Positions 26,929 through 40,341 of a stretch of 64,000 nucleotides of DNA are shown here, piece after piece. Source of the DNA: Eledone cirrhosa (Eukaryota); assembly GCA_964016885.1 (NCBI GenBank), contig OZ024759.1, positions 7,130,001-7,194,000 of the forward strand. Reading direction: 5' to 3'. The notes beneath the pieces are model-generated. The model was not told the origin of the DNA. It worked only from the letters and a program-made list of their open reading frames with translations, and searched no databases. The first letter of the stretch is position 1, and each line of letters starts with the position of its first letter. The translations under genes and the position numbers were made by a program.

Positions 26929-27329
26929 ATAATAATATAATAATAATGAAAATTATTGTGTACAGTGCTCAGGTGCACTACAACTTATCAAAGGTGCATG
27001 TATAGTACATAGAATAATATACAAATGTCAGGAAAGTGAATAGTGTATGAGTCATGATATACACAAACACATGTGAGGGAGAATATGGTGTAGTGAATTT
27101 GGGGGAAGTATGGATGATAAGAAACAGTAGATAGTAATGGTGTATATGATGATGATGATGACCATCATCTTCATCCTTGGAAGGTCCATTATTGGACATA
27201 GGCTGCAACATCTTTGCTGATCCTGTGTCATTCATGGCCAACAATTGTAATTTTCTCAAAGTTGTCTTGTCTTCGGGTGGCCTCAGTGATGATAGTAAAT
27301 AAAATAATTGGATAAGAATATGATTGTGA

Positions 27330-27710
27330 ATACAAGCAGCCAAAATGGAGTAACATTACTCTATAGAGTGTGTAGTTTAGAGATGAGAGAGTCACTCCAT
27401 GTAGAACTGCTACTGCTCCAAATTAAGAGATCACAGCGCCAATACTATGGGCATGTGGTTACAATGTCTAAGCAAAGAATCACTGGACAGATTTTTATGA
27501 GCCCAAACCAACCAGCAAGAGACCCAGGAGTAGACCCCAGGCAAGATGGTTGGATAACATCCATGAGCTTGGCTGGTCTTGCTTGGGGACCCAGCTGGAT
27601 CAACTGGAAACAGTTGCTTTTGACAGGATCCGCTTGAAAGAATGTTTTGAGGGCTCTGTCCCCTTGACTCTCTCTGGAATAAGTGCACAAAGAAGAAGAC
27701 AATATATATA
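27330..27710 (+). mobile_element. Decayed RTE-type LINE 3' fragment
   Basis: LLLQIKRSQRQYYGHVVTM and a frameshifted RPRSRPQARW, the RTE C-terminal motif. Confidence 0.6.
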
Positions 27711-28181
27711 TGATAAATTCCGACCTCACACACTTACACCTCACCAAGACAATGTCACTGGACCGAGACTTTTGGCGGTACTCAGTAATAGAGAAGATCC
27801 GCCTTACCTAAATACAAAGTAAAACCTACTACAGTCAGTAGGCACCTCTAACAAAATACACCCCCCCCCACCCCATCCACACCACCCCGTTCTATGTAAA
27901 GTTATGTTGGTGCCACACCATCCAGGCCGAAACAAATGAGATTGTGTAGGTGTCACGACAAAAAAACACACAGTCCACGCTGTAATGTGGCCGTGTAGGT
28001 AACACGGTAAAAACCTCCCAGCCCCACACTGTAAATGTGGTTGGTGTTAGGAAGGGCATCCAGCCGTAGAAAACCCGCCAGACAGTCCTATGCGAGCAAG
28101 ACAACCACTCTTGCCTCAAGTGGGAAAACTCCCGTCCAAACCCATGCAAGCGTGGAACATGGACGTTAAACGATGATTATG

Positions 28182-28215
<34 letters not shown>

Positions 28216-28519
28216 CCATGTTACGTCTGTTCTTCCATGCTAGCATGGGTTAGATAGGTTGCCCGGTTGTGGGCAGTGTCCGGTCGGCTGACCATGACTT
28301 GCTCATACAGGAGCTGATTCTGGCTTGATTTCTACAGCTGGATGCCCTTGCTAACACCAACCTCATTTACTGAGTGCTTTATTTTCCGTAGCACCTACAC
28401 TTTACAGTGGAATGATAGGGACCCCAGTCCTATCATCTCATTTCTACAGCTGAGTAAACTGGAGCAATGTGAAATAAAGTGTCTTGCTCAAGGAAACAAC
28501 ATATTATATATATCAACAT

Positions 28520-30860
28520 CATCATCATTTTACGTCCGCTTTTCCCTGCTTGCAAGGGTGGGATGGGTCTTATTCTCTCCACTCGTCACGGTCCTTCGTC
28601 ATCTCCACCGTGAGCTTCAATGATCTGAGGTCTGTTCTCACCACCTCCGCCCATGTTTTTCGTGGTCTACCTCTACAACGTCTTCCTTCAACTGGCATTT
28701 CCTGGCACTTCTTCACCCATCGGTCATCCTCCATGCGCATCACATGTCCATACCATCGCAGTCTCCTCTCTCGCACACTACATTCTATCCCTCTCAGACA
28801 CAGTTTCTCTCTCAACAAATCCATGCTGGGTCGTTCACCCACATTGACATTGCACATCCAACGGAGCATGCTTGCCTCATTTCTCTCCAGCCATCGCATA
28901 TCCACTGCAGTTACTGCCCATGTCTCACTACCATGCAGCATCGCGCTCCTCACACAGGCATCATACAACCGGCCTTTCGTACGCAGGGAGAAACCCTTCT
29001 TCGTCAGCAGAGGAAGCAGCTCCCTAAACTTCTTCCAACCTATCCTTATTCTAGATATTATGGCCTAAGAACACCCCCCTCCCATGCTAATCTGATCTCC
29101 TAGGTACCAGAAGCTATCCACCACTTCTATAGCACCCACCTGCATTTGAAAAATGTGTCTATCAATGCGACTTCTACTGTCTAATTTCCCTGTACATCTA
29201 TTGCATACATATTTCTCCATACCTCTTAGTTTGCCTGCTATCCCACTACATCTCTTGTGTACCCAGGATCTGCATTATGTGCATTTTATAGAATTTATAC
29301 CAGTTCCTTTCCTACATATCGAACATAGCCACTCCACTGACGGAATCAGAGTTTCGTCCTCTTTTCTACTTATCAACATTTTTGTCTTAGCTATGTTCAC
29401 CCTCAGTCCTCTTGCTTCCAACTGCTGTTTCCATAGCCAGAATTTATTCTCTAGCTCCTCTACTGATTCTGCTATAAGTCCCAGATCGTCAGCATAGAGA
29501 AGTTCCCATGGACAGCCAGTCTTAAACTCCTCTGTTATGGCTTGGAGGACTATAATGAACAAGAGCAGACTGAGGACCGAACCCTGATCTACTCCTACTT
29601 GTATCTGGAATTCCTCACTAAACTCCATTCCTACCCTGACTTTACTGACAGTACCTCTGTACAAAGTTTGCACTGTCCTCACAAGCCATTCCTCAACACC
29701 TAGTTTCCTTAGGGACCACCAGATGACAGATCGGGGTACCCTATCAAAGGCCTTCTCTAGGTCAACAAAAGCTAAGTATAGTGGCTTATTCTTCTAAGAA
29801 CCTCTCTTGTAATTGTCTCACTAAGAAGAAGGCATCTGTACTTCCCAGGCACAAATCCAAACTGCATATCATCTAGTTTGTCCCTTTCTCTAGTTAGTTG
29901 TGCTAATATTCTCTCTGCCACTTTCATAACCTGATCTATCAGTTTTATACCCCTATAATTGCTCCTCTCCAGAGCATCTTCTTTACCTTTGTAGCAATTT
30001 ATGAGAATACTGCTGCACCAGTCTTTGGGTATGACACCACCATATATAGCCTGATTGATCATGCGTGCAACCAGTTTAGTGTCTACGTCCTCTGATGCCT
30101 TCAGCATCTCAGCAACTATCCCCGACGGTCCAGCAGCCTTACCATTTTTCATTTCCTTAATCGCCTCTTGGACCTTATATTCGTCAATCTCAATAGCTGG
30201 TCCCTCTGTCGGATCTACTGAGGGTAATTTCTCTCTCCCGTTCGTTCTCCACATTCATCAGTCTCTCATAATAATATTTCCAGGCCTCTTTTTTCTGATC
30301 ATTTGTGACACTAAGTACACCGGCATCATTCTGGACACGTTTATCTCCAACAACACCCTGATTTGCCTTGACACATTGCCTTGCAATGTGGAACACTGCA
30401 CACCGCTGATCTACCCACCGCAGAACATTGGCAAACCTCCTACTCTCAGCTTCCCTGCATGCTAAGTACACCTGACGTCTAGCTTCTCTCTTAGCAGCTT
30501 CTCTACTCCCACCCTTTTTCCAAGCCTACCATGCTAGTCTTTTGTCTCTAATCTATTTACTGTGCTGTTCCACCACTAGGTCACTCTCTGTCTGGTTGGA
30601 GCTCTGCTCCAGCCACAAGTTTCATCAGTAGCCTGCAGTAAGTTGCCACGTAAGAAATTCCAGTTATTATCTATGTCATACGACTCTAAATAGTCTTTTT
30701 TTTTTGTCATACACATCTTGAAGGGCTTTCCTAAATGTGTAGGTTATTAGGTGGTTGGCAGGTTTCTGGAGGTTAGTGTTGCAAATAGTCAGTGTACTTG
30801 CATCGCACAAAATTCAAGAAGTCTCACTGTAACCTTGCCCTCCATGTACCCCAGTGTAAC
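28520..30860 (-). mobile_element. RTE-clade LINE pseudogene (RT and C-terminus)
   Basis: NYRGIKLIDQVMK, QFGFVPGK, QGSVLS, LLYADD, RRLRWYGHVMRM..GRPRKTW, with frameshifts and stops. Confidence 0.93.
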
Positions 30861-30877
30861 CATCCTGGAGCTGGGAG

Positions 30878-31130
30878 TGCCGTGTTAGTTCTTTTAAGTT
30901 GGTATTTAAAAGAGGAATTGTGATTATAAAATCTTGCTTTAAAGGAAGTGGAAGTGGCACCAAAATAGGTAAAAGAATTAGTACCAGTTATAACCTTACA
31001 TTCATACACTAAATTTTTATCAAGACATTGGTTATTAAGAGGACATTTAGTTCTAACAGGGCAATTACAATTACGATTAGAGAAATTACCAGAGTTATTA
31101 ACAAGTGACCTAGTATTATTTACAGAAGGA
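30878..31130 (-). mobile_element. Penelope-like element GIY-YIG endonuclease relic
   Basis: CNC..KCPLNNQCLDKNLVYECKV..TYFGATSTSFKARFYNHNSSF..TAL, a Cys-rich linker plus VY..YFG..R..H pattern. Confidence 0.8.
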
Positions 31131-31544
31131 ATTGGATTGGAGAAGTTATTCACTCTCTTTTGTTGTTAATCCTCCTTTCTTCTTCCTCTATTCATTCATC
31201 CATTTATTTATTTTTATTCATTTAAATATTTATGTATGTATTTATTTATTTTTTCTTGCCTTCCTCCTTTTTACACCCTCTCTTATATCTCTAATTCGCT
31301 CCACGTTCTTTTCTTCTTTAAGTTTATCATGTTATTATTTGAGGTATATAAATGTTGACATTTGATGAAATAAATCACTGCCAATACAGGAATTGAAATA
31401 TCAAAACCGTAGATGTATGTCATATATCAAATCATATATTTTATATGACGAGGACGTAGTGAAAAAACAACACAGTACCTTCGAAATATATATAATAAAG
31501 CATATATTTTGATTATGTGAATATCTTCATTTGTTAATATTTAG

Positions 31545-31598
<54 letters not shown>

Positions 31599-32835
31599 GG
31601 AAGCAGAAAATTGCTTATTGTGATCCAGTTTTTGGTTAAGAAAGCCAGTTTCATGGATGGTTTCAACGTACGGTTAGGGGTAACTCCACAAGTTTGTAAG
31701 AATTCCGTTCAATCTTGGAGTATAAAGTATAAAAGAGAAAACACGGGTAAGCATTAAGAGAAGGATTTTATCCAGGTATTTACGACCGTTTCATTGGTAA
31801 GTGCAACCTTATATTGCTATACTGCAAATAGCAGCCACTCAATTATAATTGTTGTTCACGTTCAAATTTTCAAAATAGTGAGTAAGTTATTCTTGAAAAA
31901 GTTCTTAATATATAGAGAAACATTTTTTGGGAATTGTATTTACTAGTATAGAGAGAGAGGAAGAGGAATTAGAAGGTGAGGGGACAAAGGGGGTAGTATA
32001 GAGAGAGAGGAAGGGGGAGAAGAGTTAGGAAGTAGAGTATCAAACTGAGATGGAGGGAGGGGTAGAGGTGGAAGGATTCCTTGATCAGTTTTGATATGTA
32101 GACTTCATGTCGTGGAATGTAAACAAACAGCCCGAATTACGCCGTACAGTGCTCGGCAACCATCGTTGACCTTTTGTTCAACACTGACACAGGAACGATG
32201 TACTAGTTTCAAGCTTATTAGCTATTGTCAGCATCGTATACCTTCCTGTCAGATGATTGAACGTCTGAAAGTATATACTTTCCTTATGCATATTAACGGC
32301 TGAGCAGCCTAATTTGCATATCCAGTGAGTTAGTCGGCCGGGCATAGCGAAAACGATAAATGGAAAAGAATGAAACAAAATTTCATTTCTCACTCTTAGT
32401 ACGGCTGATACTTAAATATAAGTATTTATACGTACATACATATATGTGTACAGACGTACAGTAGTATGTATATATATACATACATGCACACATATATATA
32501 TATGTACGTATGGGTCTACCGAACATTTATTATAATGCTCGGTTTGTATATATATATATATACATACTACTGTACGTCTGTATACATATATGTATGTACG
32601 TATACATACTTATATTTAAGTATCAGCCGTACTAAGAGTGAGAAATGAAATTTCGTTTCATTCTTTTCCAATTATATATATATAACTGTTATATGTTTCA
32701 CTTATAAATTAGATGTGATATAAGCTTGGTTGATCTTGTTTGGGGACCCAGCTGAATCTGTTGGAAATGGTTGCTTTTGACAGGACCCACTGGGGGGAGA
32801 GTTTGAGGAGTCTGCTTCCATGACAGTACTTGCCA

Positions 32836-33643
32836 GTGGTGATAGTGTTGGAGGTAGTGATAGTGGTGGTGGTGGTAGTGGTGATTGTGTTGGAGGTGGT
32901 AGTGGTAGTGTTGGTGGTGGTGGTAGTGTTGGAGGTGATGATAGTTGTGGTGGTGGTGGTGGTAGTGGTGGTGGTGGTGGTGGTAGTGGTGGTGGTGGTA
33001 GTGGTTGTGGTGGTGGTGGTGGTAGTGGTGGTGGTAGTGGTAGTGGTGGTGGTAGTGTTGGCGGTTGTGTTGGTGGTTGGTGTGGTGGTGGTGGTGGTTG
33101 TAGTGGTGTTGGTGGTTGTGTTGGTGGTAGTAGTGGTGGTGGTGGTGGTGGAGGTAGTGTTGGTGGTGGTAGCGGAAGTGGTGGTGGTGGTGGTAGTGTT
33201 GGTGGTGGTAGTGGTGGTGGTGGTGGTGGTGGTGGTGGTTGTGGTGGTGGTAGTTGTTGTGGTGGTGGATGTGGTGGTAGTAGTGTTGGTGTTAGTGGTT
33301 GTGGTGTTGGTAGTGTTAGTGGTTGTGGTGGTAGTGGTGGTTGTGGTTTTGGTGGTAGTGGTGGTAGTGTTGGTGGTGATAGTGGCGGTGGTGGTGGTAG
33401 TGGTTGTGGTGGTAGTGGTAGTGGTGGTGGTGGTGGTAGTGTTGGTGGTGGTAGTGTTGGTGGTGGTAGTGGTGGTGGTGGTAGTGGTTGTGGTGGTGAT
33501 AGTATTGGTGGTGGTGGTGGTAGTGGTGGTGGTAGTGATTGTGGTGGTGGTAGTGATTGTGGTGGTGGTAGTGGTAGTGGTGGTTGTGGTGATAGTGATT
33601 GTGGTGGTGGTAGTGGTTGTGGTGGTTATGGTGGTGGTGGTAG
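32836..33643. repeat. (GGT)n-type microsatellite; resumes at 35085-35250
   Basis: Degenerate GGT/AGT/TGT triplets. Confidence 0.95.
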
Positions 33644-33719
33644 TAGGCAAGTGTAGGTGCCATCAAGGTGCTTTTGTTGTTTGGATGAAAGCGTCCATGT
33701 TTCACTTCCAGGCCTTCAG

Positions 33720-35077
33720 AGGTAGTTGCTGAAATGCTGAAAGCATCTGGAATGGTGGGACATACTATGGTCACCTGTATAGTTAACCAAGTAATACAGA
33801 ATGGGATCATACCAAATGACTGGCGTAGCAGCATCATCATTAACTGCTACAAGGGTAAAGGAGATGCCCTAGATAGGGGCAACTATAGAGGCATTAAATT
33901 AATTGACCAAGTCATGAAGGTCACAGAAAGAGTTATAGCGCAACTAATCAGAGAGTGAATTGATCTAGATGAAATGCAGTTTGGGTTTGTATCAGGCAAA
34001 AGTACCACAGATGCCCTTTTCCTTGTACGACAACTATAGGAGAATTACCTAGCTAAAAGTACTTAGCTTCTGTTGACTTGGAGAGCGCCTTTGACAGAGT
34101 CCCCCGCTCCATTATCTGGTGGGCTCTTAGAAAACTAGGTGTAGATGAATGGCTTGTGGGAGCTATACAGTCAGCAAGGTTAGAATTAACAATGAATATA
34201 GTGAAGAATTTAGCTTAAAAGTTGGTGTTCATCAAGGCTCTGTCCTTAACCCCCTCTTATTTATTATTGCCCTTCAGGCTATAATAGAGGAGTTCAATAC
34301 CGGCTGCCCATGGGAACTCCTATATGCAGATGATCTAACGCTCATAGCTGAATCAATGGCTGAACTAGAGAAGAAATTCCAAATGGAAGCATGGCCTAGA
34401 ATCAAAAAGCCTTAACCTTTTAGCATTAACATTACTCTATATATACTATTATATTTTCATGTTAAATGCTTTATCTCACATAATTATCTCACATAATATC
34501 AAATCTATGAGATTTTGAAAGTATTTATTTTGAGAACAATAACTTAACATCAATTTGAGTGACCAGTTACAGCCAGTTTCAACAGAATTCTGGCCAGTTT
34601 TGGCCAGTCTGAACATTAAAGGGTGAAAGTTAACTTGTCTAAGACTAAAGTTCTAGTATGTAGGAAGGAAAATAGGGCACAGGTCCCCTCTGGGAAATGG
34701 CCATGCTCAGTGTGTAGGAAAGGAGTAGGCAGAAATTCCATTTTATGTCCCAAATGCAAACTATGGGTGCATAAAAGATGTAGTGGGATCACAGGTAAGC
34801 TACCTAAGAACATAGATTTTATATGTGGCCGGTGCTCAGATGCATTAAGTAGCAAGTGCCCACAGGATACTAGCTCCTTCTATTGCCCAGATGGTTCTAT
34901 AGAAATAGTGGACACTTTCCATTACCTGGGTGACAAAATCAGCAGTGGTGGAGGGTGTTCTGAAAGTACTGTAGCCAGAGTCAGAACGGGATGGAAAAAG
35001 TTAAGAGAGCTTATACCGCTGTTGGCCACAAAAGGTTTCTCTCTAAAAATGAAAGGCAGAATGTATGATGCCTGTAT
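33720..35077 (+). mobile_element. RTE LINE RT fragment interrupted by a piggyBac MITE (34416-34623)
   Basis: NYRGIKLIDQVMKV, HQGSVL, LLYADD, WPCSVC..WVHKRC; the MITE splits GGCCTTAA|AGTTAAC. Confidence 0.92.
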
Positions 35078-35489
35078 ATGAACAGTGGTAGTGGTGGTGG
35101 TGGCTGTAGTGGTTGTGTTGGTGGTAGTGGTGGTTGTAGTGGTTGTGTTGGTGGTAGTGGTGGTTGTGGTGGTGGTGGTGGTGGTGGTAGTGCTAGTGTT
35201 GGTGGTAATAGTAATGGTGGTGCTAGAGGTAGTGGTGGTGGTGGTGGTGGCTTTTCGTTTATTTACTTATCCATTTATCCGTTTATTTAGACAAGCTGTC
35301 TCTCTATTCGTTATGCAGTGAAAAAGCTGCTTTATTTGAGATTGCAACCTGGAGCAGTCTACCACTAACCCAGGCTCTGCAGCACTCTGGACTGAGGATA
35401 GTCAACTCTTTGACAGGTTTGCAGTCGAGCCCCTAGTTCTGTCCGCCGGGGCTGTGGGACGGCCAGTGCGTGGAACCCCATTTGCTCAT

Positions 35490-35675
35490 AATAATTGTTT
35501 CTACTTTTGGCAGAAGGCCAGCAATAGCCCAGTACATTACTGGTACTTTATTTTATCGACCCCGTAAGGATGAAAGGCAAGTCAACCTCGGCGGGATTTG
35601 AACTCAGATTGTAAAGGGACGTAACTATGCTGGAAAGCATGGCGTCCGACCCTCTACCGATACTGCCAATCCACA
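35490..35675 (-). mobile_element. SINE family B
   Basis: Matches the other family-B copies. Confidence 0.88.
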
Positions 35676-36499
35676 TGAGGGATGGGGAGGGTGGGGGTGA
35701 TGGATTTGATAACAGTGGGAGTTTGGTTCCTCTGTGTTCGGACCTGGTGTACATGTGTGTGTGTAATTTTACACTATATCTGGGGGGGGGGGGTTGACAA
35801 AATCGTCTTTAGCAAAGCATTCATTTCTAAGACAACAAAGAAAAAAATGTTACAAAACAAAAAACAAAAAACATGAATTCAAGGGAAACAATTCTGTATA
35901 TATTTGATAATTATCTCCCTTGTTCAAGACCACCATTTTGTTTTTCCACATTTCTGTCATACGCTGCAAATTTTATTTGAAAAGGAAATATTTAAACTGT
36001 TTGAAAATCTAAAATACAAAAGAAGAAGAAGATATTTCTTTGGCCTCTTGAGTGAAATGTGTAAAATATAAGTCTTTTGGCATTAAAAACTGCGATAATC
36101 GATGTCGATTTAGCATAAAAACAATCTAACGACAGTTGACATCGTCTCGGTTTATGGTAAGAACCACCCCTCCAAGTCAGCTCGGTTTTGTTATTTGGGA
36201 TTTCCCTCGTTCTTCTTGCTGCTGTTCCTTGGCTTTGGACATTGATCCAAGCAAATATGTGATCGCACAACATCAAGGCAAACATCTTTCTACTCACTCA
36301 TATACCAAATTATATATAGCAACAGTTCTATACATATATATTTATATATATATAATATACATATATACATATATATATATATAATATACATATATATATA
36401 TTTATATATAATATACATATATATATATATACTACCGTGAACGGTTTTTGATACTTGAACAATCAATTTAATTGATTACACAAACGGAATTTGAATAAT

Positions 36500-36578
<79 letters not shown>

Positions 36579-36619
36579 TATAAAGAGTCGGGGCCCGACG
36601 ACTGAGCTCTTGTATCAAC

Positions 36620-36684
<65 letters not shown>

Positions 36685-36900
36685 CGGAGTATGCAAAAGA
36701 ACGTTCAAATATCAATTAACTAATCAGTCTAGGAATATAAGTTTTAGTCTCAGAAGGAAACGGCAATAGTGACTTCGAAGTTTTGGCGTTGATACCTCTT
36801 CAGATATATTTTGAATCTGAATTTCTTTCACATTTCTACAATTTTATTTTTAATATATAGTTATATATATACATTCACTCACATATATATATATTAACAT

Positions 36901-36967
<67 letters not shown>

Positions 36968-37153
36968 ACACACACACACACATATTTACAGGATCTCACT
37001 TAGCGAGAAACTCTGAGTAACAACGGTGTGACTCCTTGCCTTCAAACGAATATATATATGTCTATAATGTATTGAGTACACTCCCAAGCGTACATTATAT
37101 AACATATATATATTATATACAATTTATAACGCCGAGAGAAATCTGTGGCCAAG

Positions 37154-37289
37154 ATGTCTTCACCGAGAATTGATCCGACAAAAAGTTCCAAGACACCTGT
37201 TAATTTTGTTTGCCAAAGATGTCACCAGGCGTTGAAGTTGGATTATTCCTTCAATGTGATGGAGCAAAAGGCTTGGAAAGAACTGACAG
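37154..37289 (+). CDS. BECN1: Beclin-1/Atg6 coding exon 1
   Basis: MSSPRIDPTKSSKTPVNFVCQRCHQALKLDYSF..KELT resembles Beclin-1 VSFVCQRCSQPLKLDTSF; G|gtaggt donor (phase 1). Confidence 0.92.
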
Positions 37290-37744
37290 GTAGGTCCATC
37301 GTTTTCATCATCATCATCATCATCATCACTGTTTAATGTCCCTTTTTCCATGCTTGCAAGTCTGGCCAGGATTGGCCACCCCGTACTTTGCTCTGGCAGG
37401 ACTGTAAATTTGGCTGGGTTTTTTTAAATTTTTTTAGTTGGATGCCCTTCCTAACACCAACCACATTTACAGTGTAGGATTGAATGGTACTGTTATGTGG
37501 AGGGACAGGCCAGTTGGCCGCCCCGATCCTTTCTCACGGCACAACCATAGTTTGGAACCCACGCCCGCAATTACTGTGTGGAACTGGATGGCACCGTTAT
37601 GTGGATGGGCAGGACTGTTGGCAGCGGAAGAATATAAAATCTTGAGACCATTTCCTCATCACTTCCACCTCCCATTCTACACCTGCCTGGTTTCTGTTGA
37701 TGTTTGTTTATGTTTCTATAACCCTTTCGGTACCATATTTCTAA

Positions 37745-39397
37745 TGAAAGACACTGTTTATGATGCTCAGAAAAAGGAGGCAGGGAAATGTCATCGTGAG
37801 AGACTGATGAATGGGGGAGAGAGAAATTACCCCCAGTAGACCCAACAGAGGGACCAGCTATTGACATTGACGACTATAGGGTACAAGAGGCAATTAAGGA
37901 AATGAAAAATGGTGAAATAGGAACTAAACTGGTTGCACACATCATCAATCAAGCTATATATGGCGGTGTCATACCCAAAGACTGGTGCAACAGTATTCTC
38001 ATAAATTGCTACAAAGGTAAAGGGGATGCTATGGAGAGAAGCAATTATAGGGGCATAAAACTGCTGGATCATCATCATCATCATCGTCTTCGTTTAACGT
38101 TTATCTTCCACGCTAGCATGGGTTAGATGGTATCAGGTTATGAAAGTGACAGAAAGAATGCTAGCACAACTAATTAGAGAAATGGTCAAATTAGATGAGA
38201 TGCAATTTTGTTTTGTGCCTGGGAAAAGTACAACAGATGCCCTCTTCTTAGTGAGACAACTACAAGGAGGTTCTGACATCTGGTGGTCCCTAAGGAAACT
38301 AGGTGTAGAGGAATGGCTTGTGAGGACAGTGCAAGCTATGTAGAGAGGTGCTGTCAGGAATTCCAGATACAAGTAGGAGTACATCAGGGTTCGGTCCTCA
38401 GCTCAGTCTTATTCATTATAGTCCTCCAAGCCATAACAGAGGAGTTTAAGACTGGCTGCCCATGGGAACTTCTCTATGCTGACAATCTGGTTCTTATAGC
38501 AGAATCAGTAGAGGAGCTAGAGAATAAATTCTGGCTATGGAAACAGAGGACTGAGAGTGAACCTAGCTATGACTAAAGTGTTGATAAGTAGGAAAAAGGA
38601 CAAAACTCTGATTCCGTCAAGGAAATGGCCATGTTCAATATGTAGAAAAGGAGTTGGCATAAATTCTATAAAATGTACACAATGCAGATCTTGGGTACAC
38701 AAGAGATATAGTGGGATAGCAGACAAACTAACAGGTAGGGAAAACTACATATGCAGTAGATGCTCGAGGAAATTTGACAGTAGAAGTCGCAGTGATAGAC
38801 ACATTTTTTATATGCAGGTAGGTTCTATAGAAGTGGTTGATAGCTTCCAATACCTAGGTGATCAGATTAGCAAGGGAGGAAGGTGCTCCGAAGCCATAGT
38901 ATCTAGAATAAGGACGGGTTGGAAGAAGTTTAGGGAGCTGCTTCCTCTGTTGACAAAGAAGGGTTTCTCCCTACAAACGAAAGGCCAGTTATATGATGCC
39001 TGTGTAAAATGCGACAGCTGGAGAGAAATGAAGCAAGTATGCTCCGATAGATGTGCAATGTCAATGTGTGTGAATGACCAAGCATAGACGAGTTGAGAAA
39101 GAAACTGTGTATAAGAGGGATAAGTTGTGGTGTGCGGGAGAGAAGGCTGAGATGGTATGGACATATGATGCGCATGGAGGATGACCGCTGGGTAAAGAAG
39201 TGCCAAGAAATGCCAATTGAAGGAAGGCGCAGTAGAGGTAGACTACGAAAAACATGGGCGGAGGTGGTGAGGGCTGACCTCAGATCGCTGAAGCTCACGG
39301 AGATGACGAAGGACCGTGACGAATGGAGAGATGCTGTGTAGAAAAGAACCCATCCCATACTTGCAAGCAGGGAAAAACAGACGTAAAATGATGATGA
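37745..39397 (+). mobile_element. RTE LINE pseudogene
   Basis: RT motifs, C-terminal RRLRWYGH..KTW and (GAT)n tail; many deletions. Confidence 0.92.
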
Positions 39398-39859
39398 AAG
39401 ACACTATCTATGTCTTTAGCGCTTTTGTTACTATGTTTCTGATGTAAGACACTGGCTATCATCATCATCACCGTTTTAAGTCCATTCTTCCATGCTGAGT
39501 GACCATGCCTTATACAGAAGTTGCCATCAGCTGCTATGAGGGATTGAACCCCATATCTTCCAGATAGCTGATATCTGGAAGATATGGGGTTCAATCCCTC
39601 AGCAGCTGATGGCAACTTCTTTTTCTGTCTTTTAAGGGTGTTCACTCTATTTCATAAGCTATCTTTACAGCATTTCATTGCTTGAGCACTTTCTTTATAC
39701 TTATATATATAAGTAAAATAGATGTTTGACCACGAGCTCGGCAGTTTCAGTTAGTTAACTCTCCTTCATCAGCAGAGCATCTCATATTGAAAGGAAATGA
39801 AAGACAGGAAGGGATGTAGAGAGGAAGAAAGAATAGAAAATACACATATACGTCATCAT

Positions 39860-40175
39860 TCATCATTTCGTTTTACGTCCGCTTTTCCCTGCTTGCAAGG
39901 GTGGGACGGGAACTGATGCTGGCTTGATTTCTACAGCTGGATGCCCTTCCTAACACCAACCTCATTTACAGTGAGTGCTGGGTGCTTTTTTGCCGTGGCA
40001 CCTCCATGACCACTTTGCAGTGGAATGATATGGACCCCAGTCCCTATCATCTCATTTCTACAGCTGAGTAAACTGGAGCAATGTGAAATAAAGTGTCTTG
40101 CTCAAGGAAACAACACATCACCCGGTCTGATTTTGATTGCAAGGCCAATGCTCTAACCACTAAGCCATGTGCCTC
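39860..40175 (-). mobile_element. SINE family A
   Basis: Reverse complement of 4116-4455. Confidence 0.9.
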
Positions 40176-40261
40176 CATACGTATTTATATATATATATAT
40201 ATATACACACACGCACACACACATATATATTATACACATTGATTATTTATCTATTTTCCAG

Positions 40262-40332
40262 CTCCACCAAAAAGCAGTTCTATAGACACGGATGGATCCA
40301 TTGGGATATTGTCTTCTCAAGAAAGTTTACAG
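40262..40332 (+). CDS. BECN1: Beclin-1 coding exon 2 (APPKSSSIDTDGSIGILSSQESLQ)
   Basis: ttttccag acceptor, phase 1 in, CAG|gtaata phase 0 out; gives ELT-AP as in Beclin-1. Confidence 0.75.
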
Positions 40333-40341
40333 GTAATAATA

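Noticed and set aside
32709-33732. Long poly-Thr / Gly-rich / poly-Val ORFs (mucin- or keratin-like)
   Set aside because: Open in several frames because it is a (GGT)n microsatellite; no splice or homology support
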